Positions 1 through 48,084 are shown, numbered from the stretch's first letter. The stretch is 64,000 nucleotides of DNA from Octopus vulgaris (GCA_951406725.2 OX597816.1:150040001-150104000); one strand, 5' to 3'. A program made the numbers and translations. Notes: generated by a model from the letters alone, not told the origin.

Positions 1-1269
1 GCAACAGGTAGCTATTCTAGATGAGCCCATGATGTTAAAAAGAATTAAAAAATTTTCTGCCAATAAACTTATTTGGACAAGATGGTGTTGGGTGTCAGCA
101 CAAAACTATGTCAGTAAAGTTTGCTAAGTTTACTTGTTTAGGGTAGCCATAAAACTATGTTCAGCACTTCTCACAAGTAAGGGTGTAGATGATTAGAGCT
201 TTAGATGAGGGAAAATAGTAGCACAGTTAATGATAAGAGTAATATTGACATTGGTAGTGTTCACAGATACATCATATTGAAAACTGAAATATTAAACCAT
301 ATCCGAATGAAAATATTTATGCTAACAATCTTCATTGTAATGATTCTAATGTAAGCATATCTTTATACATATAATCAAAACTGTCAGCCCTTCCCCTCAC
401 CATCTATCACATCCTTTCTAGGATCACCAAGGAACCTCTGCAAATGTTATAGCTTCAGTATATCATTAAGCACAGCATCTAAATCAGTCCATGTGCAGAG
501 GATGTTTGCAAAAATATGCCATGCAATGGCGGTGGCACATTGTAATCTTTTTCTGGATATGTTAAACTCTTCTTGAAGTACATCATCCTCAAAAAGAAAG
601 ATGAAGGTGATTCCATTCAGATCACATGGTTTATCTTAGAAAGAGCTACTCTGTTCAGTTATAAGTCAAAACAGTGCAATAGAAATAATATGAGAAATAA
701 TATATCATTAAGTACCCTACACCAAAAATGAGCAGAAAGAGTGACCTAATTTCAGTTTCTGGGAAAGCACAGGTGATGTCACACAACAGTCTTGGCTTCT
801 GCTTGAATAATGTGATAGAGATCAATGTGTCCAAATTCCTGGATATGAGCATGAAACTGGAGGGAAGTAACTACATTAAGTATATGTATAAGTGTCTGTG
901 TTTTAGTTTAGTAATGTAAAAATGGAGTTACGTCAAAAAATGTCACTTAGTAATTTGATGAAATAGGAATTGATAAAATATAGATTGATAAAATCCAAAT
1001 GTATAAAGTACATAACAAAAATATATACTGGGATTAATTTGATTGAATAAATTCCTAAAAGGCAGTGACCCAGTATACTCATGGTCTGATAAATGAAATC
1101 AATAACAGAATATACTACAAAATAAAAAAAAAAAACTATACATGTATATGCATGCGTGTGTGTGTGTGTGTATGTATACACATACACAAATACATACATA
1201 TGTAATATATTTTAGGAAAGAAACCAAATGGTAATTTGGTTCTTATCTTCTTTTCCGTTTCCAAAAGAA

Positions 1270-1279
1270 AAAAGGATAC
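1270..1279 (-). promoter_or_regulatory. U12-type (minor spliceosome) 5' splice site, GT subtype
   Basis: Minus strand reads GTATCCTTTT directly after the exon, matching the U12 donor consensus RTATCCTTT. Confidence 0.9.
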
Positions 1280-34866
<33,587 letters not shown>

Positions 34867-37154
34867 TCAGGAAAAACAGACAATATACTTTTAAGAAAAG
34901 ACAATATTTTAAACACTCACTCACACATGTATGCACACACATGAACCGGATAGGTTTCAAGAATAGAAAAACAACATATTCTATGTTTTAATCTGCACTC
35001 TGTTTCAGTTGATCTATTTTCTGACAGTTTTCCAGTTACAAATGTTTAAATGAAAACATGGACCAGACAACCAATGGTCTCTGTTGTGTCATCAGTGCTA
35101 TTTTGTATCCCTAGCCAAGATATTTAACTGTCAATGTCTAGGTTCACTGAGTGGGTACTGTGAGAATTGTAACTCATTGGTATGAAGTACTGAGTTTAAT
35201 TTTTTCCATGGGAAGCTACCTATAGTAGGCTAGTATGCTACAGAAAAGAGAATTGTCATCCACAAGTAGAAACTGGAGTTGAGCACCAATCCTATAATTC
35301 CTTGTGGTCCTGGAAGTATGTTTCTAAATATGCATACATATTCTGTAGCATAGTTGATTATGCATTAAAATCCTGTGTTATTAATAAAGGTGATGAGGTC
35401 AATCTAGGTCCACGGTTATGTAAACAAAAAAGGAAATGTCTACTTAACCTCCAGCAAGTTCTGGTTTCAAAATGTGAAGTCGATGAGAAACAAATTTCTT
35501 TATGGGTAGCATGCTGGTATATTGGAAGCAATATTCTAAGATGGTCTAGTATGATATAGCTCTGTGAAACTTAAGCTTAGAAAATTAAGTGTACTGCTTA
35601 AATATATAACAAAATAACTGCAGGAGCTAAAGAGAGAACCTTTGCAATGTTATTCAACTTGCTACAACAGTAACCAAGTCTCCTTTAAATTACCTCCTGC
35701 CATTTAAGAAATGAAGAAAAGATACATTAGCTAATGTAATCTTACATAACCCTAAAAAAACAGGATGGTCATGGCTGGGATACGTTTGATCATATGTCTG
35801 CTTAATCAGAGTTGACTAGGATTTAAACAAAAACTACAATCACAACAACAAAGCACTTGCAGTGGATTTGACCACCAGATCTTTTGACCTTGCAGTCCAA
35901 TAACATATACACTCCTCAATATATATGGAAATAATATCAGCTTAATATAATTGGATTATGCACAAATTAAAATACTGAATAGATGAAAATATAAGAGATG
36001 AAATTAGTAATTTGCAAAACTTATAATACACTGGTAATAACTCATTAAAAAATTTATAGACATACAGATGTGTTCAGCATGCTTCCCTGTTCAATTCTGC
36101 TGAACACACACTTCTATATATGTATATATGTGTGAGCAGATAGAGTAGAAAGAAAGTCAAGAGGAAGGAAGTTGGAAGAGAGAGAAATAGAAGTCACATA
36201 AGATATACAAGTTTCAAATTAGATATAAAATGTCCACATCATTTATACAAAGCCTTTATTAGATATTGATCTGCATGATGTCATAACTCAATCAACATGT
36301 ACTAGAGTGCCAGTTCTTTTCTATTTTTTGGAATATTGTTAGATAACAATATTACTGTTGGTTGGTATCTGTCTCTTCTGCATAAAAGAAGATTTTCAAT
36401 CCACAAATGTATATATGTGCATAAGCCCTGATTGGATTCAGCGAGCAGGTGCTTAGCTCCAGTTTCTTGGAATGAAGTGATAAAGGGTAAAATCTTGCCT
36501 CATGGATAAGATGCCAGTCTATTGTAACAATATTCTGAGATGATCAGGTACCTATTCCAAGAAGCTAGCTGAAATGTGGCATTGTTAAATCATGTGTTTT
36601 GCCCCAAAATACAACAAAATCTACCCATTCATTTTTTTACCTCTATTTATTGTATGCTAATGAAGTTCTAACAAATCATTAAAGTCTACTTTAACATTGC
36701 TTACAATGACTAACCGTAACTGCTTTACAATGATTACTTTTCACAGCAAAGTGGACCTAGTTGGTAAAATTTAAAATTGCTTTTAGAAGGACTTTTTTGT
36801 CAAGTAACCGCATGGATAATATGAGTTGAACACAGTTTTTTTAACTAATTGATTACATATGCAAATGTTAAATGTCTTAAAACATGAATTTTTAATACTT
36901 CAAGTCAGTAGAATGATATATCCTACTGACTTGGCTAGCTGTAACTTACAGAACAATCCTCTTTTTAGAATATTAAACGAATATATTAATTCTTTAAAAA
37001 TAAATAAATAAAAATGCAAAATAAAAATAGCCAGGGAAACTAAATGATATGGGAAAACATTTTATTGACTATGATGAAGTATGCAGCAACTATTTCTCCT
37101 CTCTCTCTCTCTCTGTATATGTACATGCATTCATTTATTCACACACACTGTGTG

Positions 37155-37190
<36 letters not shown>

Positions 37191-38587
37191 TATATATGAT
37201 ATTAAAGAGAATAACAAGTTTGCTAGATGTAGAAGGAAGAAAAGCTAATAAGAGCTGAGTAACTTTAGTAGCAAATGAAAATTACTGAAGTGAGAAATTC
37301 TACAGGAAAATCTCAACAGGCAGCAGGATTGAAGTAAAAATCCTTTTACTGATGACATTCAACCAATGTTGCAGGGAAGCCATGTGCACTAAACTCCTAT
37401 CAATACTAAATCTTACAATAGCTTCCACATATTAAATGAACACTTCTGGACAAAATATATTTTGTGTGTGTGTGTGTGTGAATAAATTTACAATTATATA
37501 TATATATGATTTTATTACATGGATTCAATGGATTCATAAGAATCAAGGTGCATCAACTTGTAGGATGCTAGAAATGGCTAGGTACGATAATATAGAGCTC
37601 ACACTGAAATAAGCATCGAATACATCTAGTGTATGTAGGTATGTATGTACACACACACACAAACACACATGTATATGTATTGTACAATTAGCTATTGGTG
37701 TTATTTCTCCCCTGTGTTTTGAAATTTCCTACAGATCAATGCTGAAGATAAGCAGCATAATTGAACAATTTCATCCAACATGTCAATCATCAATCATAAT
37801 CTTCCTTATAATCTTCCTCAAATTGACAATAAGAAATAACAATGGAAGCAGCCTCTTCCCTGAGATACAATACTGATATTCTGTAGTATCAATACAGAGT
37901 TTCGGTTCTACTCCCGTTAAAGTACAATGTGGAGGCATGATTTAATATTTGTAACAAGATGTACATTGTTTCAGTTATAAAATGTTGGCATGGTAACCAA
38001 ATAATGGTTAGCTTCTATTTTGCCATTGTATCATTTTCTGTACTAAATAGATAAAGTAAGCATACATATATATTATACATACAAAAAAGCAAATATATGT
38101 AACATACATTTATGAAATAAGCATAAATGAATAATTTTCATATATATAAGTATGGATGATTAATATACATATGTAAGATAAGCATAGAATATCTTTTTCT
38201 GTCTCTTATTTAGTAACCTACCTATATACATACATACATACATGGTTGCAGCATGGAAGATTGCTGACTTCATTTAAACATTTATTGTTTGTAATATGGT
38301 GTCAAAATTTTCGTTGCTCAAAACTGCAACTCAACCACTGACAAATGTGTGTTAGCAATATATGCTTAAGTGAAGATAATAGTTTTTGTGTTTCTGAATG
38401 GCTAACATGTGTCTTCCAAGCTGCAATCACTTTAGTTTCAACAAACAATCTCAGATCAAAACACTTACCATGCAAGTACACCTCCATCATCATCATCATT
38501 TAACATTTGTTGTCCAATGATGATGACGATGATGAAGACATATGTTAGCCGTTCAGAAACACACAAAAAATTGATAACTTCACTTAA

Positions 38588-38620
<33 letters not shown>

Positions 38621-38623
<3 letters not shown>

Positions 38624-40070
38624 GATCAAGGGACCCTGTCAAAGGCTTTTTCCAAGTCAACAAAAGCCATGTACAGAGGTTTATCTTTGGCTCAGTATTT
38701 CTCCTGCAGCTTCCTTACCAGAAATATAGCATCAGTGATGCTTCTCCCTGGCACAAAACCAAACTGCATCTCATCTACACTAACTCTCTCCCTAATTAGT
38801 TGGGCTATGACTCTCTCCGTAACTTTCATCACCTGATCCAACAATTTAACACCTCTGTAATTATTTCTATCTAAGGCATCACCTTTACCTTTGTAGCAGT
38901 TGACTATGATGTTGCTACACCAGTCATTGGGTATGACTCCTTCGTGAACCACCTGACTTATAATACAGGTGACTAGACCATAACCTACACTGCAAGATAT
39001 TTTTAGTACCTCAGCAGTGATTTGTGATGGGCCAGGTGCTTTCCCTGTCTTCATAACCTTAATTGCTTTATCTACCAAGGTACCATTGATTTGGGTAGCT
39101 GGTCCCTCAATTGTGTCAACATTTGGCAGACTCTCCTCCTCCCATTCATTCTCTACATTCAGCAGTCTTTCATAATGGCATTTCCAAGTCTCTTTCTTTG
39201 CAGAATCATTAAATACAAGTGCACTGTCATCCATGCAGACACATTTCTCTCCTATGACATCACAATTTTCTCTCACACACTGTCTTGCAATCCAAAACAC
39301 TTTAGTTCTTTGGTACTCATGTCACCAAACATAGGCAAACTTCTTTTCTGCTTCTCCTTTGGCGAGATATACCTGTCTCCTAGCTTCCCTTCTGACTCTG
39401 TTACAGTTCCCTGCTACCCCCATTCTTCCAAGCTTTCTAGGTTTGCTTCTTTAATCTAAAGTATCGTTCCACCACCATGTTACCCTAGGTCTGGATGTGA
39501 CTTTGCACCAGATGCAGATTTGGTCGGAGGCACTCAGCAAGCTGTCCCACAGGAATTCTCTGTTGCCCTCTATGTCACAATTCTGTAGCTCCTCCTCCCT
39601 TTCATCAAATTTCTCAGTTAGGATGTCCTTAAATCTCTGACCATATGAAGGGTCCTTAAGCTTTTATATATAAATCATCATCACCATCATCATTTAACAG
39701 CATACTAGCCTCATTCATTTCTAACTTTCACACATTCTCTGCATTCAGGGCCCATATCTCACTATCATGTTGAATTGCTGTCTGTAGACTTGCATAATTC
39801 AGTCTTCCTTTCACTTGGAAAGAGAAACCTTTTATAGCCAACAGAGGTCCTCCATCCTATTCTTATTCTAGCTATCACACTCTCCATGCATCGCTCCCCA
39901 TTACTAATTTGGTCTCCTTGGTGACAAAAATGATCTACTATCTCTAATGAGCCACCAGGGCATTTGAGAGTATCAATTTCCCAAGTCTCTAGAGTTTTCA
40001 TGGATCCTGTGCATCTTCCACATATGAACACTAGCTTCTCTGATAATCTTCTTATTAACCCACTGCACCT
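38621..40070 (-). mobile_element. RTE-type LINE fragments including the RT N-terminal part
   Basis: ORF 38692-39300: MKTGKAPGPS...NDW...YKGKGDALDRNNYRGVKLL...QFGFVPGRSITDAIF...; further pieces at about 39700-40070. Confidence 0.92.
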
Positions 40071-41140
40071 CTCTCTATATATTATGCATATATATAAGTT
40101 TTTGTACATTTTATATGTGCAGACACACACATATACACAAATTACATACTCACAATGCAAATTTACACATATATATTATGAGTATTTATGCAATTTGATG
40201 CATGTGATTAAATCTATATATACAAATGTTTATATGTATGTGCATGTATATGAATATCTATGCATAAGTTCAGTAATGCAGTGTATTTAAAAGATGTATA
40301 CACACACACACTTGTATAAATGTATCCATTTATTTTGTATATGTTTGATTAAAACAGCATCTGATTCATCATACTTCTATATTTTTTGTATTTACTTATT
40401 AATTTTCAAGTTGTTATTGAAAGCTTTTCTATAAGTTTTTACTGATACATTATATCAATGTTTGAAGTCCACATAACTCGATCATCTGAATATTCAGCCT
40501 TATCCTGTTTATCTGCACTTTTTGTATCCAGATTTGTATTAGAGGGTAGTGATTGCTGAAATGGAATTAATGGAAATGTTTTAATCTATCCTTGATGTAT
40601 CTTTTTTGCCTTCTTCAAAATTTATAGCGCATTTGAGAAATTATCATTTATTATAAGACATAACATTGTGTTGATAGTATTACATATTCTCACATTTATG
40701 TATTAATAGTTGCAATATCATTGGCATTGTAGTACAGAGCACAGTTATGCTATGACTGTTTCTGTTGCAACACATATCATCTATGTTTCAACATATAACC
40801 AAGTCCCTGCCTAAACAAATATAACACCTAAACATCTAAAATATTTTCTGTTATTCTCAGTACTGCAATGATCCTTTGCTGGTGAAGCATAGTTATCTCA
40901 CTGGAAATGTGGTATAAGTTTCTCCACACATTTCATGTACACTGAAAGCTATATTTCATGTCAGTTTTAAATGTTATTTCTGTGTTATACTAATTGTAAT
41001 TATGATGTCTATGTCTTCATTGGGGAATGATTTATACGATATATTGGTACATGAATTTTGCAGTTCTGTCACATAATTTTTTCTTAATGAAAACTTGTAC
41101 ATTTTAAATTTAGTATCTGGTTCAGATAAATGAAAAAGTA

Positions 41141-42965
41141 AAGTCACGGAGAGGGTCATAGCCCAACTAATTAGGGAGAGAGTCAGTTTAGACAAGATGC
41201 AGTTTGGGTTTGTGCCAGGGAAAAGCACCACTGATGCTATATTTCTGGCAAGACAGCTGCAGGAGAAATACCTAGCCAAATATAAACCTCTGTACCTGGC
41301 TTTCACTGACATGGAGAAGGCCTTTGGCAGGGTCTCCTGATTCCTTATCTAGTGGTCAATGCAGAAACTAGGGATAGATGAGTGGTTAGTGAGAGCTGTA
41401 CAAGCCATGTACAGGGATGCTGTCAGTAAGCTGAGGGTTGGCAAGGAGTACAGTGAAGAATTACGGGTAGGGGAGGACCTACCAAGAATCAGTCCTCATC
41501 CCCCTCTTATTCATCATAGTCCTCCAGGCAATAACAGAGGAATTCAAAACAGGATGCCCCTGGGAGCTCCTCTAAGCTGATGACCTTGCTCTAATTGCTG
41601 AGACACTATCAGAACTAGAGTAGAAGTTTCAGGTGTGGAAGCAAGGTCTAGAATTGAAGGGCCTTAGAGTCAATTTAGCAAAAACCAAAGGCTTAATAAG
41701 TAGGAAGGCAGACAAACCACAAATCCCTTCAGGTAGATGGCCCTGCTCAATCTGTAGAAAAGGCATAGGTAGAAACTCCATAAGATGTACAGGGTGTAAG
41801 CTATGGACATAAGAGGTGCAGCAATATCAAAGGAAGGCTAACTGGGAAGGTAGTTTTTGTGTGTGGCAAATGCAAAGGAGCAATAAACACTGAAAATGTG
41901 CAGAAAACAGCTTCCGTCACATTCCAGGGACAAAAACTACAAGTAGTTGATAACTTCCATTACCTAGGTGACCAAGTCAGTAGCAGGGGTGGATGCTTTA
42001 AAAGTGTAGCTGCTAGAAAAAGAATAGCCTGGGCAAAGTTAACAGAGCTCCTACCTCTGCTGGTGATAAAGGGCCTCTCGCTCAGAGTAAAAGGTAGACT
42101 GTATGATGCATGTGTGTGAACTGCCATGCTACATGGCAGTGAAACATGGGCCATGACTGCTGAGGAGATGCGTAAGTTTTCAAGGAATGAAGCTAGTATG
42201 CTCCGCTGGATGTGTAATGTCAGTGTGCATGCATGACAGAGTGTAAGCACCCTGAGAGAAAAGTTGGACATAAGAAGCATCAGATGTGGTGTGCAAGAAA
42301 GACAACTGCACTGGTATGGTCATGTGCTGCGTATGTATGAGGACAGCTGTGTGAAAAAGTGTCACACCCTAGCAGTAGAGGAAATCTATGAAAGAGGTAG
42401 ACCCAGGAAGACCTGGAATGAGGTGGTGAAGCACGACATTTGAATGCTGGGCCTCACCAAAGCGATGACAAGTGACCGAGACCTTTGGAGATATGCTGTG
42501 GTTGAGAAGACTTGGTAAACCAAGTGAGACCGTAACCGTGACCTATGTCAGTGCAGCATAACCAGCCCATTTAAGAGCACCCTTTAATCATTGGGCAATA
42601 AACTGCGCTTGTGAAGACCTGTTGAGGCAAGTTGTTGTTGTGGCCAATGACAATACTGCCTAATTGGTCCCGTGCTGGTGGCATGTGAAAAGCACCATTC
42701 GAGTGTGGTTGATGCCAGTACTGCCTGATTGGTCTCGTGCTGGTGGCACGTAAAAAGCACCATTCAAGCGTGGTTGATGCCAGTGCCGGCTGACTGGTCT
42801 CGTGCAGGTGGCATATAAAAAAGCACCATTCAAGCATGGTTGATGTCAGTACCGGCTGACTGGCCCTCGTGCCGGTGGCACATAAAAAGCACCCACTACA
42901 CTCTCAGAGTGGCCAGCATTAGGAAGGGCATCCAGTTGTAGAAACTTTGCCGGATCAGAATGGAG
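41141..42965 (+). mobile_element. 5'-truncated RTE-type LINE (RT C-half, C-terminus, 3'UTR)
   Basis: QFGFVPGKSTTDAIF...DMEKAF; l*ADDL; FHYLG...ARKRIAWAK...RVKGRLYDACV; several stops and frameshifts. Confidence 0.92.
42650..42897 (+). repeat. About 65-bp tandem repeat (about 3.8 units) in the RTE 3'UTR
   Basis: Unit agtactgcctgattggtctcgtgctggtggcacgtaaaaagcaccattcaagcgtggttgatgcc. Confidence 0.85.
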
Positions 42966-43387
42966 CCAGATGGATAACTGATCAGCCAACCACTCTTAGA
43001 AGAAAAAAAAAAAATAAAATAAATAAATAAAAGCAATAACAGGCCCCAAAACAAAGAGATATTCAAAATGTACAATGTTGGTCATGGCATGTGGATCATA
43101 GGAAAAAGTTGTCATAAATCTAGATAAGAATACCATGTGTGTATCCATACACATACATATATATAGTTGATAAAAGAAACGGTGAATGGATTTAGTATGA
43201 ATCGTTATTCATACTAAAGATTCATACTAAATCCACCTTCTGTTTCCTTTATCAATTATAAACTCAACAAACACTGCGGATTTCCTGACATAGATCCAGT
43301 GAAAATTATATCATAATTGTGGATGACATCAGGTAGCCCAAACTGTGAATGTATTTTAATTGACATATACCCAAAGTCCAAGCAGCA

Positions 43388-43465
<78 letters not shown>

Positions 43466-43466
<1 letters not shown>

Positions 43467-43801
43467 AAGGCACATGGCTCAGTAGTTAGAGCATCGGCCT
43501 TATGACCGTGAGGTTGTGAGTTTGAATCCCGGACTGGGCTGCATGTTGTATTCTTGAGCAAGACACTTTATTTCAAGTTGCTCCAGTTCACTCAGCTGTA
43601 GAAATGAGTTGTAACATAACTGATGCCAAGCTGTATCACCCTTTGCCTTTCTCTTGGATAACATCGGTGGCATGAGGAGGGGAGGCTGGTATGCATGGAT
43701 GACTACTGGTCTTCCATAAACAACCTTGTTCAGACTTGTCCCTAGGAGGGTAACTTTCTAGGTGCAATCCCATGGTCATTCGTGACTGAAGGGGGGGGGG
43801 T

Positions 43802-43803
<2 letters not shown>
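43466..43803 (+). mobile_element. tRNA-derived SINE, family C, between (TA)n tracts
   Basis: A box tggctcagtagttagagc, B box gagtttgaatccc, core cttgagcaagacactttatttc...ttgctccagttcactcagctgta. Confidence 0.85.
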
Positions 43804-43855
<52 letters not shown>

Positions 43856-44301
43856 CACAGAATACACAAGCACTCACATATAGCTGACACTAAAAGAAAA
43901 TGCTAAAATAGCTGTATTTAAACTTGAATGTATTACTTTGACCATAGCTGGTAAAGATGTATGAATTGAATACACCAAACATTATTTCTTCCATCCTCCA
44001 AAAATATATATATGACTCTCCCTTTCTATTGTATTTCCTAACAACTAACAATGATGAAAAGTACACTGGCTAGTGTAATACTTGTGACCATGGTGGCATG
44101 ATTTTGATTAAAGATCTGCCCAATAAGAACTAACTTGGGGTTAAAAGCTACTGTTCAAACTTAGCAAATCATTTGTGTGACCTCATTCTTTAGCAACAGT
44201 GCATTTAGTCTGAAAGTACAAAATTAACTACATATCAGTCTCACCTACATACTTGCTAGAAACAGCAGCCAAATCTTCACATCATACCCTACCATTTAAA
44301 T

Positions 44302-44601
44302 CAGTGATTCCCAAATTTTTTTGGGCTGCCACCCCCTTAACATCCAGGCCACATTCCTACTGCCCCCACCCCAACTAACCATCACAAATATAAACTTCTT
44401 TCTAAATTCAAAGCGACTGTATTTCACAAATAAAACCTAATGGACCCATTATTTTGTTGTTTTTACATGAACTGCCATCCCATTATTGCCCCAACTTTTA
44501 CATGAATCGCTACCCCATCATCGCCCCACTTTTCTGCAATACTCCCTTGGAACTTTCCACTGCCTCCAGCGGGGTAATACTGCCCACTTTGAGAACCACT
44601 G
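44302..44601. mobile_element. hAT MITE (300 bp) inserted into an older interspersed repeat
   Basis: TIRs cagtgattcccaaa...tttgagaaccactg with 8-bp TSD atttaaat (44294-44301 and 44602-44609); the host repeat 44245-44740 also occurs at about 6150-6340(-), 35640-35830 and 59330-59495. Confidence 0.88.
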
Positions 44602-47600
44602 ATTTAAATGATAGCACGATACACTGGATAATATTACCTTAAGCAAACTGTGTCTGAATAATAAGATGGGATGGTCACAGCTTGAATGGCTTTGATCATA
44701 AACCTGCTTGATCAAGGTTGACTTGGAGCTAAACAATAACAGTAAATTTAGGCTGCTAATTTCCGTATAAGTATTCCTCTTGTCATACAATCTACCTTTT
44801 GTTGGTAATAGTCTCAGTCAGCTCTTCATTTGAGTCCATCATCTGCTCCTGTAGTATTGTCAAGATACAAATGCATTCTACTTCCCAAAATATAATACCT
44901 ACATAAAACCCCTATACCAATTTAGATCACAAGCTTGTTAAGAGGCAAAAACTTTGCCCTTTGTTAACATCAAACTTAGATCTGTTTCAGTTTACTGATC
45001 ACTAACTGAGAAAATTAGTTTCAGATGCTAATCTTGTTAGTTTTAGTTTTATTGTTGTTGCTGTTACATTCATTCATTATTTTTTTTCCACTATTGTTAT
45101 AATTTATGCTGTTCTTCGCATAGTTGATACTGCTATTAACGCAAACATTGCTACTGCCACAGCTTTTGACAATGGTGCTAGTAGTGCCAGTCTTGGTGCT
45201 GTTGCTAACATTGTTGCTACTAAAACTTAACATTTTCACTGTTGGCATCCATAACCAGACATTCCTAGGTTTTGTTGTCTTTATCTCATAATTCAACTTT
45301 CATATCTTATTAGTACTCCTAGAAATATGCCTGACAGGAAAATCACACAAAAATTTTGAAAATATTTTACACAAACTGCAACACACTAAATTATTTAGAA
45401 TATTATGTTTTAAAACCGATAAAAATTTATACTATTTTTTTCCATCACCAAAAGTTGCACTTGATGTAACTCACTGAAACCTGTATAATCAATCTGGAAA
45501 TCAATAAAATATTTCTTTTGATCAGGCAAAATTTGAGTTTCAAAATATTGCCATAAAACAACTGTCAAGTACCAATATGTACCAAACTGAATATTATATA
45601 CATTTAATCTAACTTGCTATCACTTTTGTGCACACAATCCCTTGCTTGGCAATGATAATTGGGAAACTCACACACAGACATATATGTATGGATGTATGTA
45701 TATACATACACACATACCTAAGTATTTATGAAAATATAACATACAAAGATACTGTGAACAAAGATAATTAACCAGAGGCTATTATACCAAACTAAAAAGG
45801 TATGTCAGTTAGGGTTTCCTTTTACAACACAATATCCCACAATGCATTTACAGTATCCATACTGATACCCATATAAGGCATATACAGATGGTCTATAGAG
45901 CAAATCCACTCCATAGACATTAAAACCTACAAGATCCTGACATCAACAGCAAATTTCTGCAAAGACAGTGATATTGACACTCTCAGAAAGCTTAAGATCA
46001 CTACAGACAGCTTTCAAGTGCCATGTCACATAACTCAGACAGTACCTGCTTAACAATGGCAGCAAAAATAAATACATCAACCAAGCGCTTGAAATTGAAG
46101 TAAATAACATCTTGTAGATTAAAAGTGAACTCAAGAAACACACACTTTATAATGACCTCCCATATGAATCCTGAAGGGATTCATATAGATGGGTCTAGAG
46201 CTCAGCACCTCACACTGAGTCAAACCAGAATACTTGATGAAATAATTTTTGTAACATCTTGTTGATCTATTCTAAACACTGAGAGGGTGAAACAGTAATT
46301 TATAAATGACAAATACAGGAAGAAGAAAGGGATAGTTTTAAGAATATAAAAATCAAACTACTAACACAACAAATAGTGTCCACATTTTTTGACTTGCTCA
46401 AGACTGGGATATGGCAGAAGTAACAGTGGAGCTGAGAATATTGAAAAATATTGTTGATCCAACCTAATTTCAACATTTCCCACATGTAATTATGTACACA
46501 AACTGCCTCTGAAAGGTTCCCAGCATGGTGAGGTGATATGTGCAAGTGTTCATAAAACACTAAAAGGTAGGAAATAATCATGGTGATGGGGCTGTGAGCT
46601 ATTGACTCTTTTGTAGGAGACTTGCATCTTAACAAGCAATATAGAAGTTAAAAAAAAGGAAATAACTGTAGTTGCAAATTTAATTTTTTTTTACTTAAAA
46701 AATAACAAAATAAATTAAAATTTGACTAAATTACATTCAAACTTAGTTTCAGTGATCATTCCAACACCTAGTACACTCAGCATTTGGCCATAATGTCAAC
46801 ATACGACTCAACTATAGAAATCAATAATGTCGATACAGTTTCAAATGTAGAATCTTGTAAAATTGTATATGAAAATTGTACAAGAAATAGTATATGGCAG
46901 CAAGAAGTAGTAATGGTGATGATAATGATAGTTCTTTTCACCTCCCTGCGAACCATGTTAATTTTAAACATACATTCTATAAAATGGACGGAATAATAGG
47001 AACAAATTGCTAGAAACAGTAATTAATACTGTTGAACAGGAGAGATAAAAGGAGAGGAAATCATTATCACCTTATTATTGTTAAAAACCAAATAGTTGTA
47101 GGACTCCTGGTACATGTTAAATGAGAAGAATATTGAAGATGCAGTTTCAAAACTGCAGTTAACCCAAATCTAGGTACATATATTACATATATATTATCAG
47201 CATTACAACTAACTATAATTCACATCACACTTTGCAGCCATCAACTTTACACAATCAATTAGGATGAGGAAGCTTTTGCAATATCAACATTTACAACAGA
47301 GAAATGTTTCAACTGACTGGTGTTAAATTTCAGACTTCAAGCTTTGAGTTAGAAGATGATATAATACATGAATGGAGTGGTAGTGATGATGACAGGATAT
47401 ATTTAGCAGTTGGCTGTAGAATAAATTTTGCATAACTATCAAAAGAATTTTTAAGAAAACAATTATTGATTCCTAATAACTGAAATGTTTGCTATTAAGG
47501 AACAAAGGGACCCAAAATTAATTCTCCCAATCCTAAAATGATAAACAACAGGACAGAATTTCAGAAGTTTGGTTGTCTGACAAACCTGTCTGGTGGATTA

Positions 47601-48084
47601 GTAAATACTGACTGGACTATTCATGTTGTTTCTATTTACACCATGTATAATCAATTTTCTGTTTTCAGATCCAATAATTTTCTGCATAAATTTCCTTCAG
47701 CAGAATTACTACTGACATTGTTTCATCATGGATGTGGGATGTCATTTTTACATTAAAGTAGCCATTTTTATATTAAGCCATTAAAAACCATTTAAACATC
47801 TCATGACAAGAAAAAGGACTTAAAGGATTGCTAATGAAAGGAAAAAAATATTCCATGCTGTAACTGGTATAATGCTGAAATATAACTTTGATAAAAATCA
47901 ATAGTGTTTGTATTCTGTGTGTTTTCATGGATTCTTGAAGAAGGAAGGAATGAGATATTGATGACTTTTTAAATCCACTATATTAAATATGATGCTGATG
48001 ATAGTTTCTGATTTAGGTATACAAGTAACTTGATTGGTACTTTATTTTATCAACTCCAGGAGGAAGGAAGGAAAGAAGGAGGAG

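Noticed and set aside
380-880. Possible ancient Penelope RT remnant (AMAVAHCNLFL, KFLDMSM)
   Set aside because: Motif similarity is too weak to support without an HMM search.
36901-36933. 11-bp perfect stem-loop (similar 10-bp one near 46162-46186)
   Set aside because: Short hairpins of this size can occur by chance in 64 kb of AT-rich DNA; no supporting context.
46780-47450. Coding-looking acidic stretch on the + strand (nested gene or transposase)
   Set aside because: Multiple stops, no recognisable domain and no splice-consistent model.
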